Below are positions 1 to 13,552 of a stretch of 63,984 nt of DNA, in pieces. Each line of letters opens with the position of its first letter. Positions within the stretch are counted from its first letter, which is position 1. Location of the stretch: positions 14,727,932-14,791,915 of the forward strand of contig NC_068984.1 of the NCBI RefSeq assembly GCF_001194135.2. The letters are read 5' to 3'. This stretch comes from Octopus bimaculoides. Lineage: Eukaryota. The notes under the pieces were generated by a model, which ran no database searches, was not told the origin of the DNA, and saw only the letters and a program-made list of their open reading frames with translations. Made by a program: the position numbers and the translations under genes.

Positions 1-177
1 ATATAATACTGTATATATGTACGTATATTTATACATATACGTACATTTATACATACGTATATTTATACGTACATATCTATACACATATATATTTATATAT
101 ACATATTTTCAATCAATTAATCTTAATTAACTGATATTTCTGGACTTATTTATGCGTGTTTGAATGTGTATATATTT

Positions 178-216
<39 letters not shown>

Positions 217-1261
217 ACGTACATATGTAAATTTTACATGTATATATACATATATATGTGTGTGTGTGTATATATACAGAGAGGGGGAGAGGGAAAGAGA
301 GCCAGGGAAATTGGCAGGTAGGCAGATAGACTGACATAGATAGATAGATAGATAGATTTATTATATTTTCATTCCCATATAAGATCCATTATAAACTATT
401 TAATCGATCCAGCTCTTGGGTGGTACATTTTTCTATAATAACCAATAAGCTGGTAGTAAGGTTGGTAGGATTCGAACTCAGAATGTAAAAGTCTATACTT
501 AAATATATCGCAGGGATTTCATCCAACCTTCTAGCAATTTAATCAATCTGCCTCCTGCGATTGCTCTTATCGATTGATCAATCACTCAGATAAATTTAGA
601 TATTTGTTATTTTGTGTTCGGCTTGTATCAAACACTTACTTGGTCGTTTTACTGGTTGAACTTAACGAGCAGAAAGCTAAATGGGATGTTCAGTGTTATT
701 TTAATATACAGGAGTGTATAGATTAACTAAGTAAACATACTTGCAATTGTATGAGCAGAAACATGTTCATAGTCCTTTCGTTCAATATGTTAAAGCATTC
801 ATGCAAATCTTACTTAATATAAACACCTTATATCGCGTGTATTTCTTGTGAGTGAGTGGGAAGGTGTATGTATGCATGTTTGTGCGAATGTATGTGCACC
901 TGACAGTAGATCAAAACCATTTAATTCCAAGGTTTATTTATGTTTAACAACTGAATGAATTTAATAAAAGCATTTAAATATGAAACATCATGAAAGTTTG
1001 TTCAAACTGAAATCCTTCTTGAACGACATATTTTTCCATTCGAATCAATACAGAATTACGGATAGTATTTATGGAATTTTGATTTACTATCGAGTGACTT
1101 TTTGGCCAACCCTGTACATATATACACAGCCACTCCGAAATACAAGCATTCATAAGTCTGGTTAGAGGGCGTTTCGAACTTACTTGGTTTGTTTAGACTT
1201 ATTTGTCTACAGCAAGAAATTTTCTCCAATACAAAATACAGTCAATGACGTTCTTACGGGT

Positions 1262-1387
1262 TGGGTTCAGTCCCACTGTGTGGTACCTCGGGCAAGTTTT
1301 TTCTACTATAGCCTCGGGCCTACCAAAGCCTTGTGAGTGAATTTGGTAGACGGAAACTGAAAGAAGCCCGTCGTATATATGTATCTG

Positions 1388-1422
<35 letters not shown>

Positions 1423-1624
1423 TTGTGTCTGTGTTTGTCCCCCCAACATCGCTTGACAACCGATGCTGGTGTATTTACGTCCCCGTAAACTTAGCGGTTC
1501 GGCAAAAGAGACCGATAGACTAAGTCCTAGGCTTACAAAGAATAAGTCCTGGGGTCGATTTGCTCGACTAAAGGCGGTGCTCCAGCATGGCCGCAGTCAA
1601 ATGACTGAAACAAGTAAAGGAGTA
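1262..1624 (+). mobile_element. SINE family A (tRNA head, CORE-like segment, internal TA/TG microsatellite)
   Basis: B-box GGTTCAGTCCC, then CCTCGGGCAAG and tail GGCGGTGCTCCAGCATGGCCGCAGTCAAATGACTGAAACAAGTAAA, shared with many copies in the window. Confidence 0.85.
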
Positions 1625-2626
1625 TATATATATATATGAGTCTGTGTATTGTCTGTGTGTGCTTACGTATGTGAACTTCACCTTTGAATTTCAAGTATAC
1701 TCGACTTTCCGTCCCTCGTTTGACAAATCTAATCATCTAATCCAAAAGTGGAAGCTAATGTATTGCAACTAACTTTGGATATAGGGACAGTATATACAAG
1801 GTTTGTTAGGGTTTTTTTCCCTCTTTTCTTTTCTTAATAATCAAGAGGTTCTATGAAGTTGTTGGTCTTGAAACACCACTGAAATTATTGATATTCCCGT
1901 TGAGATCTTGACGGAAATTTTACCGGGGATGTTTACCCTTTTTCTCTCTCTATACACTATCGGTGTTGCTGTTGTGAGCGGCGTGTTGTTTCTAAATCGG
2001 TTTTGTACTTAGTTACTACTATGATAAAACTGGATATTGTAAACTTAGAAATTTTAATTAATTAAAAATTAATCAATTAGAAATTAAATAAAATTACACT
2101 TATTGAAGAGAAGAAATCATTATTTAAATGATTATTGATGATAAAAAGAAGAATAGACAAACCTGAAATTTTAATTAATAAAATTTAATTAAATGTAGAA
2201 TAAAGTATATACAAAATCTGATATTCAGTAGGGGTGGCAATTTTCACTTAATTAGACCGTCTCGGTGAATCGTAGTCTAAGGCTGAGTGGATCACTTGGA
2301 GCTTATGTATATCTTGTTGACAAACAAAACCTAGTAACATTCATGATAAATATATATGACCTGAACGAGGATTTTATGCTGTTTCCTTCACGTACTCGTT
2401 AGTAATCTAACATATGTTCTTATTTCCAATGAATTGGGAAGATGTAAGTAAAACAGTTTGAAGTGGGATGTCTACTGCACCATGGCGTTAGATATTGTGT
2501 AGAAAAACAAACACATACATGTAAACACACGTGTGTTTGTGTGTGTGTACAGGTATCTTTAATCATAAGATCTCGCTCATACATAAGCACTGATAGCTCG
2601 ACTATTAGTTTGAGAAACTAACAAGA

Positions 2627-2790
2627 AGCCTTGTAAGTGGATTTGGTAGACGGAAACTGAAAGAATCCCGTCGTATATGTATATATATATGTGTGTGTGT
2701 GTGTGTGTTTCTGTGTGTGCGCGCGTATGTATGTGTGTGCATATGTTTGTGTGTCTGTGTTTGCCCCCCCCCCCCAGCATCACTTGATTA
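2627..2790 (+). mobile_element. SINE family A fragment
   Basis: ggatttggtagacggaaactgaaagaa block plus microsatellite. Confidence 0.75.
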
Positions 2791-3318
2791 AGACCTATGG
2801 CTGAGTTTAAGTTCATCTCTTTTCATTTATGTCGTTGTTATTGAAGGTTGCCACTCTTCAATGTAAATCTACAGTGTAAACAAAAAAACTCCTGGTTCAC
2901 GTAGTGTGTCCACTAACTTCTCAGGGAAAGAGGCTTTGCAGTCAAGAGAGTGATGATGTTATTTTGAAGCGTACAGAGGCTGGGTTTTTTCGCATATATA
3001 TAAAAACCTTTGACTTCATTCTTATATTTTCAACGGCTCTGGCTTTTCTTTCTGCTCTCTTGTTTTTATAGAAGTTGTCTTAGTTACCGATCTCTGACAT
3101 GTTTTTTGCAAGTGAGACTTATCGCTGTTTTTAGGTTGTCCATTAAACGCTTTAAACTTTGTATCGTGAAGGCCTCTAGCCATAATATTTTTTGTGTATA
3201 TTGGCCTTCTTTAGAAGACTGATATATTATATGAGCTGCAATTTTAACATGAATTCTTTAAATCCTTATGTCATTGTCTTGCGCGTTCGGTTTCGGAATA
3301 CCTTTTTAGAATCAATAT

Positions 3319-3359
<41 letters not shown>

Positions 3360-3477
3360 GTGTGTCTATGTTTGTGTGCTTGTGTGTGTGTGCGCGCGTT
3401 CGTGACTGCGTGCGTATGTCTGTGTGTGTGTGTTTGCGTTTACAGTTACTTATATGTATGTATGTGTGCGTTTATGC

Positions 3478-3665
3478 ACCGAGTTAGCAGAATCGTTAGC
3501 ACGCCGGATAAAACGCTTAGAAGCATTTCGTCACTTTTTTTTCTTTTTACGTTCTGGGTTCAAATATCGCCAAGGTTGACTTTAATTTTTCATCCTTTCG
3601 GGCTCAATGAAATAAGTACCAGCTGAGCAGTGATTGGGGGAACCAATGTATTCGACTGGCCCCGT
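3478..3665 (+). mobile_element. SINE family B
   Basis: cgagttagcagaatcgttagcacgcc..ggttcaaat..tttcatcctttcggg. Confidence 0.8.
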
Positions 3666-3800
3666 CCTCCAGCATTTCAGGTCTTATGGCCAAAATTTAT
3701 TATTAATTTTTACCGTAAATAACCTAACACATCTTCACCAAACTTCTCTTGGGCGACTTTAACTTCCCAAACACCAAATGGCCCAAAGACAAGACACTTG

Positions 3801-3834
<34 letters not shown>

Positions 3835-3842
3835 CGCACACG

Positions 3843-3875
<33 letters not shown>

Positions 3876-3944
3876 ACNNNNNNNNNNNNNNNNNNNNNNN
3901 NNNNNNNNNNNNNNNNNNNAAATGGCCCAAAGACAAGACACTTG

Positions 3945-3981
<37 letters not shown>

Positions 3982-4655
3982 ACATACACACACATACACA
4001 CACGCACAAATACACACATATATTATATAAAAGCGTTATTATAAGTGGTCTTTCTTTATAACGGTTGGTTGCATCTTACATTACAGCTGAAATGATCCGG
4101 AAAGTGTTGTTCTGGATAATAGTAGAGAGGAGAGAGCGGGAAGTGATGTTTCGCCATTTTGCAAATATTGTCTCAATAACTGAGTTACTCCGCTATTTGC
4201 TAAACTGAACAAACAATGAAAAACCAATAACAAACCAACAGAGAGTAAATATAGGAGTACACACACACACACACACACACACAAATACACACACACACAA
4301 ATACACACACACACAAATACATACACACACACAAATAAACACGAGCACGCATCATGTACAAAAATACTACACATGGTGAAGTATTATATACACACATAAA
4401 TATGTGAGTGTGTGTGTGTGTGCTTGCACGTTATGTATATAATTTATGAAAATGTAAACGTTCGACTAAACCCTTCAAGGCGTTGCCCCGGCATGGCCGC
4501 AGTCCAATGATTGAAACAAGATAAAATATACGAACATGTTACATTAGGTCTATGATTTACAAATATTATGTATATATGTATTAATGTAATATTTATGCAC
4601 ATATATATACACAAACACAGACATGTATAAGCGTGTGTGTATGTTTGGGTGCACG

Positions 4656-4725
<70 letters not shown>

Positions 4726-4754
4726 ATTTATAAATATATATTATACATACATAG

Positions 4755-4801
<47 letters not shown>

Positions 4802-4802
4802 C

Positions 4803-4968
4803 ACGTTGGGCTTCTTTCAGTTTTCGTCTACCAAATCCACTCACAAGGCCTCGGTCGGCCCGAGGCTAGAGTAGAAGACACTTGTCCAAGGTGCCACGCA
4901 GTGGAACTGAACCCGGAACCATGTGGTTGGTAAGCAAGCCAGTTACCACACAGCAACTCCTGCGCCTA
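4803..4968 (-). mobile_element. SINE family A 5' half
   Basis: Full tRNA-like head (A- and B-box) on the minus strand. Confidence 0.85.
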
Positions 4969-5031
4969 TATATATTTATATATAAGTATCTATGTATTAT
5001 GTACATGTGCATATATATGTATGTTCGTATA

Positions 5032-5077
<46 letters not shown>

Positions 5078-6129
5078 TACATTTGTTTATATTTATGTTT
5101 TTAATAATACGCTTATAGTAAATACATACATACATACATACACGCATACATTCTCATAGACATATAGTGTCACACATAGGCAAATAAGTGTGTTTTCATT
5201 CATCTAGAAACCAAATCACTCAGAATTCGCGCTCGACCATCAAGTGATATCAAACAATAAACATACTTCCCGATACACAAAACAGAAAAACTGACGCGAC
5301 TACAACACCTTTCATCATAGATTAAAGCATTGAAAAAGCACATTGGAAATACAACCCCCTCGCTCGAGTAATTTACCCATCGCATGAAATAGTGGAGTTT
5401 ATGACAAAAGGCTTTTGAAAAAAATAGTAGTCACATTTTCCCTTAAATCATTTAATATGTTCTTTAAGTTGAAAAGGACGCACAGAAAATGTAGTGATAA
5501 TTCTACATATGAAAAAATATTCAGATTGCATGTGTGTATGTATATCATTTAATGCACACTGTATTAACGTAAGAGCTAATAGTTTCTTGATATTAAGACA
5601 GATGTTAAGCAGGATTTTATAATATGCCATGTGTCTTCAAACAATCCTCGGGCTCTCAGCACATGGTTTGTTCTGTTTGAAGATCAGGACGCGGGTGTAT
5701 GAGAAACGACAAGAAAAATTGTGTAAGTCGATGTTAAAAGTGGAATGAGAAAATAAAAGGTGAATAAAAACAGAAAAAGAAACGGGAGAAGGAAAATTAA
5801 TATTACCTTCATTTTGACCGTAAAAGTGATAATTAAATTAGTTGTTACGGAATAATTCAACGGAGAGGGGTCCAAATTCTGTGAGACAGCTGATCAATCC
5901 GGAGACGTTGGTGTCCCCACTGTTCGCCAAGAGAAATTTATCCAAAAGCTTACATTTCCTGAAATCTTCCAATCTGGAATGAAGTATTGTAGTAGATTAC
6001 TTACACAAGCTGCATTTCTTAGGTTCATTTATATATAGCATGGATTTCTCCACAATTCTCCACTTTATTGTATGTTGTGTGCAGTTGGTCTTCGAGCCCC
6101 ATAGGTGACTAACCAGCTTAGTGTCTTTT

Positions 6130-6213
6130 GCTCTCTCTCTCTATCTCTCTCTCTCTATCTCTCACTCTCTCTCTATCTCTCTCTCTCTCTCTTTTTTCTC
6201 TCTCTCTTTTTTT

Positions 6214-6302
<89 letters not shown>
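6130..6302. repeat. compound (CT)n-(TA)n microsatellite
   Basis: Direct reading. Confidence 0.95.
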
Positions 6303-6310
<8 letters not shown>

Positions 6311-6311
6311 T

Positions 6312-6415
6312 CTTTTATTTGATTTAGTCATTTGTCTGCGGCCATGCTAGAGTACCGGCTTTAGTCGGACAAACTGACCCTAGGACTTATTCTTTGTAAG
6401 CCTAGTGCTTATCCT
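6312..6415 (-). mobile_element. SINE family A 3' tail
   Basis: gcggccatgctagagtaccg..ggacttattctttgtaagcctagt. Confidence 0.75.
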
Positions 6416-6845
6416 ATGCTTATACCATTTATCACAATCTCCCTAAGTAACTCATACATACTTTTAGGAAAGGTACTGTAGTTGACCTATCATAAATAGC
6501 CACCAAATTTCCCGTAGATCAAACCACGCTATCTTACATTACATGAGAAAACTGTAGTCCTTTATTTCGGAGATCTACTCCCCTAAGAAGTGATCTGACC
6601 GTCTGTTGAAACGACAATAATTACTGCGTAGAAAACACATATTAGCCATTCAAAAACGCACAAAAATTGTTTAGTTTCCTTTAACACACACACACACACA
6701 CACAAATAAAACATATATTACACAAACATACAGAAAGCCCAGTAAACCGTCTTTCTGCTGGTCTGTGATATATGTCTGTGCGTTCGCGCGCTCGAGTATA
6801 TGTGTATATTGATAGATTCCTACATATGTATTCGTATGTGTGCGC

Positions 6846-6895
<50 letters not shown>

Positions 6896-6929
6896 TTGTA
6901 TATCAAATAATATTGAGTGTGTGCGCGCG

Positions 6930-6974
<45 letters not shown>

Positions 6975-7218
6975 TGGTCCTCTTCAGTTGTTCATCTAGA
7001 TGCTAGGAAAATGTCGGTGATATTATTGAGACATGTTGAAGTGTGTTTGCCAAATTCCCAAACTAGAATTAAATGAATCGGAGTGACAGCCATATTTTTG
7101 CTTCGCTGATTTCTAGATTTATGTTTCTCCTCCACATAAACACAGAAACACACAGATACCCAATAAACACCATTACCGCTATTACCGCCATTAATGTCAT
7201 TGCAAATACTACTACCAC

Positions 7219-7268
<50 letters not shown>
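7219..7268. repeat. (TAA)n microsatellite
   Basis: Direct reading. Confidence 0.95.
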
Positions 7269-7334
7269 GGAAGAAGAAGAAGAATGATAATAATCCTTTC
7301 TACTATAGGTATGGGGGTGGGCCTGAATGTTGTG

Positions 7335-7490
7335 GACAAAAAGGCAATCAATTACATTGACCTCTGTGCTCAAGTGAAACGATGAAAATCAATGTCGACC
7401 TCGGCAGAATTTGAACTCAAAACGTAAAGACAAACGAAATGCCGCTAAGCACTTTGTCCAGCGTAGTGACGAATCTCTCAACTCGTTGCC
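7335..7490 (-). mobile_element. SINE family B, diverged
   Basis: gtcgacctcggcagaatttgaactc..gccgctaagc. Confidence 0.7.
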
Positions 7491-7799
7491 TGATGAATAA
7501 TAATAATAATAATAATAATAAATTCACTCGATAAACTCACTCGAGGACAGCACTTTCCTCTCCACTCTCACTTTCCTTTTCAAGTGAAACTTGGAAAAGT
7601 CAACGAGAACTCTACCAAAGAGGAATGTATCTGTCCTCATGCCTTTCGGCCTTGTCCACCAAACAACCTCTTTCGCCACAGTCACCAGGCAAAGGAAAAC
7701 TGCCTTGCCTGTCCGATTAATAATAATAATAGAAATATCATTAACAGCTATCAACTTTTTTTTTGTTTCTTTTTGTCTGCTTTCTAGCTTTCTTTAAGG

Positions 7800-8400
7800 T
7801 GACAGTAATATTTAGATAATAACGAAAAACAAGAATAAAGGTTAACATACTGAAGAGTGGCGGGAAATTTGTCGGGGAAACAGGTTTTAATGGAGTGAAT
7901 ATATGTAAGAGACGTTAGGTACTGCATGTTTCAAAAGAAGGTCTCCAAAGAAATGATGGAAAGTGAAGGGTGTGCACTTACGGAATAGGAGTCCAAAGAA
8001 CAGGAAAGTTTCTGGTGTGCTGTGATGTAAAGATTTCTGAGTTTAAGAAATAGGACGAATGCGAGAAACCAAAAGATGAAAGATTAGAAGCTTGTAGAGT
8101 ATTTTAAGAAAGAACTTTGATAATTCTAACAGTTAGGATTAAGAGAGTAAAGTAGATTTTGGTCGAAAATAGGAAAGGTAATAGTAGATTAAAAAGTGGG
8201 GAATGAGATTAATAACAGGGAGATTAATGACTAGAGATAAGATAAGATTAAGAGATAAAACGAGATTAATGAACATGAGATTAAAGGATTAAAGAATGAT
8301 AATCTGAATCCGAGGAGATTAATTAAAGATCTTGTGCTTATGATGAATAATGAATGGTATAGAATAAAAGAGTGAAAGTAGAAGGTTAAAGGCGGAAGTA
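7800..8400 (-). mobile_element. possible degenerate LINE (CR1/L2-like) 3' region
   Basis: Strand-biased composition typical of decayed LINE 3' ends; no clear motif recovered. Confidence 0.25.
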
Positions 8401-9314
8401 GCTAAGCGTTATAGTAAAGTTACTAGATTCTATAATCAAGTTGGTAGACGCCATGATTTAACTGCTAGACGCCATGGAAATTGAAAGGGGGCCCGAGACT
8501 AAACTGCTTTGATTCTTATATACTAAGTTTAGACCTTAATAATTTGCTCACTGTAAAGTAGTTTAAATAGATAAACGTCTAATCATTATAACATGAATTG
8601 TGTCCTTTTCAGCTTCAAAGAAACATTAAAAATGAATGAACTCATTTCTAGTTTCAAACAAACGTTTTTGATAACTACAACAACTAACCAAAGGCCTCTC
8701 ATCGGTTAAGCCATTACATTTCTTTCTGTTGTTATTATCGCTGTCATTATCATTACCATTGTCATCGTTCATTAGAATGCTATTTCTCCCTACCTTCCGA
8801 TCGTCTCAGTTTTTCACTTTGATCTTTATGTACAATGATGTAAATGCTGTATAGCTCTAGGCTAGCTTTAAATTAACAGACTCAAGATCAAAGCTATTCT
8901 CGCGATAACCATCCCATCATATTTTTCAGACGTCTCATATATCTCCGACTCTATTATCCACTACAATGTCCTTCAGGTCTTAAGACAATAGACTCCTTAC
9001 AGATCGAACGAACAGGTAAAGGCTTCCCCATTGGCTTTTTGTGGTGGAACTGCTGTCAGACCAGGTTTCATTTTGTGCATCGAAAACGTTAACACCGATT
9101 TATAAAAGTTTAAATGAAGTTAACAGTTTTTGTGTGTGTTTTTAAAGGAAAAGCTGTTTTCTGAAATATGCGTTCCTAATAAAAATGGTACTTATCTCCA
9201 GTATTATGGATCATTAGGTAGATGAAAAGTACAACTCCCAACGACTAAGATGCTTTAGTAACGGAGCTAAACTTCGCAGAGTGAATTCACTTGGCACAGT
9301 TTGATCTTGAACTC

Positions 9315-9750
9315 TGTCATGTATGCACAGTTATAGCATTCTCACTCACCTCCGTTGTTTATAGCAGTGCTTGGAAGTAAAGTGTGTAGAGCGTGATCAT
9401 CTCACCAAAGCACAGAGGTTCCGTCAGTGACCATGGCAGAGAAAATATGTGTACGCGCACAAGCGTAGAAAGAGACACGGCTTGAAGGTTATTACGGCCA
9501 AGAATTTTTCCAAAAATTAAATCCTACTTGAAAGGAACAAGATTTCAAGACGTCAAGGACATGCAAGAGAATGCGACGAGACAACTACTTGCTCTCCCAA
9601 AAATGAGTTCCAGGAATGCTCCCACCAATAGAAACGACTTTGGATAAAGTGTGTGGCTCTAGAAAGGAACTACTTCAAAGGAGATTAAATACCGGATTGA
9701 TATGTGTCTCTTTTTATAACACCAGTCCCGATACTTTTGGATCAGACATA
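9315..9750 (+). mobile_element. mariner (Tc1/mariner) internally deleted relic
   Basis: 9507-9688 translates to FPKIKSYLKGTRFQDVKDMQENATRQLLALPK/EFQECSHQ*KRLWIKCVALERNYFKGD*, a mariner transposase C-terminus with one frameshift and one stop. A TIR-like cagtcccgatacttttggatcagac follows. Assignment of the 5' part is tentative. Confidence 0.7.
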
Positions 9751-11034
9751 TAGTTTTTGTTTTTAATTTCTAAGAATGACCATGCTTTATGGTTTATTTC
9801 TCTTTTTGGCCAACATTTATAATATCGATAGGTTCGTTTTGAATGGGAACAAAATCATTATAACTGGAAAATTGTGGAATATGGAATGCTCATGTCTTTT
9901 CTAAGAAAATTAATTCTTCAAAATAATCAAAGAAACTGACTCAAGGACTATCTGCGTCGAGAATATATTTCTGCCTCCATGAGATCCATAACTATTTGTC
10001 TTTATTAGTTGAGGTAAAGAGCAGTGTGCATGCGCATGACCTTTCTTCAAGGTTGAAGGACAAAGGCAAGTTATCCTCAGACCAACAGATCGGAGGCTGT
10101 TGAAGGTAACCAATGACCTGGTGTTAATATTAAACAGGGTGACGAATGAAGTCTGCCACCCGAAAACAAAAACCATCTCTTCAAACAACTTCCACGCAGT
10201 TTCTGTCTTCGAAATTTCACTCAGCAGACTCTCTTGTAAATCCGTATCTACGGTGGAAAACGCTTGCTAAGGAAATGCGTTTTAAGATCGAATAGGAACC
10301 AAGCAGCTACGAAACAAACTTTTCCACCACACGGTCATTATAGACGAAAATATAGGAAAATATAGACGAAATCAGGAAAATATAGACGAAAATATAGAGG
10401 AAAATATAGACGAAATTAAAGCATACATTTAGGTACGTATTTATTGTTTTGAAAAGGAAACTTGAATCATCCAACTGCATCGCTGAATGAATATGTTTAT
10501 GTATTTCGAGAAAATACGTTCGGCCGTGAGACTAGTTGAGTCACGATATTTTCTTAGTTACTGTTGTTAGTTGCTGCCACATTGTCTAATAGCAACAAGG
10601 TCAGAAGCTATATTTCTAATATTTTTTATTTTAACAATGACCTGTATCTTTTGTTCTTTTTTCGTTAAACATATTCAAGCAATTGTTTTGTTCCTATTAC
10701 TTTGTATTATTTATGACTCTGTATCTCACAAACCTCTCAACTATTCTCATAACTGTTCGTTTTATTTAATCTGAAGATAGGAATCACTTAGTTTTACTTA
10801 CATTACTTCGTCATTTCAGAAAAGAACGGAAGCCGTAGTTTATCATTTCACTGCCTCTCTAGAAACTAAGGACATTTACCTACGTTGAAACCAATAAATG
10901 GGTCGTGGATATGGACACTTTAAAAGGAAGATGTCTCAGCGTTTTTAACCCCTTTCATTTCGTATTAGTATGCATTTCTTTTTATAATTTGCAAACCAAA
11001 GGAACAGAGAATTGGCAAAATCGTTAGGGTTTCG

Positions 11035-11350
11035 CATCAACGCCTTACGGTATTTGTCCCAGTACCTTTCGTTCTGAGTTCAAATTGCGTCGAGGTCACC
11101 TTTGTATTTCATTTTTCTGGTATCGATAAAGTACCAGTCAAATCTTAGGGTTCTATATAGTCGACTATACCTCTCCCCACATTTGAATCTTCGTCCTGAA
11201 AATCATTATTCATATCTTCTGGCTGCAGTTATTTATCTAAGGTGGCAAATAGATTGAGCCGTTAGAGCGTCGGATAGAGTGCATTGCGATATTCATTCTG
11301 TTTATGGTTCTCTGCAATCCGAGTTCAAATCCCAACGAAATCAACTCCGC
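11035..11350 (+). mobile_element. two diverged SINE family B fragments
   Basis: gagttcaaattgcgtcgaggtcacc and gagttcaaatcccaacgaaatcaac. Confidence 0.55.
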
Positions 11351-12225
11351 TTTTCCTCCTCTCACTTACTGAGAGATCTATTCGTTTCTCTCTCCCCCTC
11401 TCTCTCTCTCGCCCGCATTCTCTCACTCTGTTTTGCCACTCTCCTCCTCCTCTTTCATTCTTTTCTGTCCCCTTCTCTTACAATCCTCTTTCTTGTCCCT
11501 CTGTTGCTCAATACCTGGACTGAGAGAAAAAGAGAGAGAGAGAGAGATGGGGAAATGTGCTTGTACTTTTGTATCTAAACCATATGTGTTTTGAAAGGAC
11601 TGGTCTTATCACGTTGTGTCGGCGTCAGAATCAAGTTAAGTTTACATATGTCTGTAGAATGCTCAACCACATACAAGTTCCACAAGTAAGATTTCATTTG
11701 ATCCACAAGCAACTGAAGGTTTATCGTCGAGACTGACGGAGAATTTGTCATTTAGTTATCAGTTTTACAAGGACGGAAGCAAAATGTAACCATCGGCAGG
11801 ATTTGAGATCCTGACGTTGAGGTAATGAACTCAAACACAAGAATTCTATCATTTTAGCCACCTTCACTGCTTTTACTGTCGTGCTAATAATAAAACGTAT
11901 GTTTTAGTTCATCTGATAGTTAGCTTTCAAGAGAGGTGGGGGAGAAACTGCAGTTTAATTTGGTAAAAGGAAACACTAAGCACCCCGCCAGTCACACACA
12001 CACACACACATAGCAACACAAACGCAAATGCATACATCCATTCGCATACATCCATATACATATGTATATATATATATATATATACATACGCACATATACA
12101 TACATATAGATACACATCTACATATAATTATATATATATAAATATATATATATGCACACGTACGTATATATGTCTCTCTGTGTGTATGTATACGCACACA
12201 TATATATAGGTATAAGCACACATGC

Positions 12226-12262
<37 letters not shown>

Positions 12263-13501
12263 CATATAGCCATTCAATACACGTATACAAACACATACTC
12301 GAGAGAATCGTATGGTTTCTATAAAAGACTCAGAAGAAGAGGAGAGAAAGAAAAAAAGGTGTTTGAAAAGGGAACTAGAATTGGATATTTGGTAATGGAA
12401 CCGGTTTGAAGAATAGAAATAGCGTTGCATTAGTGATATGTGAACAAGAAGGGAAAACAGCGGGATATGGGCAAGGTGAAGAGGAGAGGAAGGAACAAGC
12501 GGAATAACATCAGAGGTGAGGGAGAGAGAGAGAGTGGGGGTGGAGAGTAAAGCTGTCAGGTGATAACGGTTTCACCGACGCCATGTTACGTTATGTTAGT
12601 GTTGATGATGATGGAGGTGGTGGTGCTGGTGGTGCTGGTCTTTTTGGTGATCTGAAGGCAGTGGTTGTAGTGGTGGTAGATGGTTGATGGCAATGATGAT
12701 GATGATGATGGGGAGAAGGAAGAGAAGGAGGAGGAGAATCATGAGGGTTATCATCATCATCGCCAGCATCACATCACCGTCATCATTGCTGTTGCCATAA
12801 CACTCTCAAACTACTCCCATCGTCATCGTCGTCATCAGTACCATTCTACTTCCATCCTCCTCCTCCTCATCATCATCATCATCTTCAACATCGTCAGCAT
12901 CACCACCGCCATCACTGTCACTTATTTATTACTTTTACGCCATTTTTTTTTCTTTTTCCTTTTCCGGTTCCCTCTTCCTTTCACTCTTTCCTTTTTTTTC
13001 TTTTTCTTTCACGAAATAGTCATTACTCTCACTTCCACCCTCATTGTGTATTATGCCCACCACGTCTCCCTTTCTCACCAGTCCTTCTCTTTCTTCTTCC
13101 TCTTTCTATTTTCCGGTCGTACATATACATGCATGCACATACACACACACACACATATATATGTGTAAGTATGTATAATATGTATATATTTACGTATAAA
13201 TATACATATATATATATATATATATATANNNNNNNNNNNNNNNNNNNNNNNNNNNNNNNNNNNNNNNNNNNNNNNNNNNNNNNNNNNNNNNNNNNNNNNN
13301 NNNNNNNNNNNNNNNNNNNNNNNNNNNNNNNNNNNNNNNNNNNNNNNNNNNNNNNNNNATATGTGTGTATATATATACATATATACTTATGTATATAAAC
13401 GTATACTTGTGTGTGTGTGTATACACGCAAATATGTATTTCCGTGTGTGTGTGCGTATGTATACTCGCAAATATGTATATGTATCTGTGTGTGTTTGTAT
13501 G

Positions 13502-13552
<51 letters not shown>

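Noticed and set aside
3777-3990. Direct repeat aaatggcccaaagacaagacacttgc(ac)n on both sides of an N gap
   Set aside because: Typical unmerged contig overlap (assembly artefact).
10345-10420. Short tandem repeat tatagacgaaaatataggaaaa, considered for CRISPR-like spacing
   Set aside because: No unique spacers; an ordinary minisatellite in a eukaryotic context.
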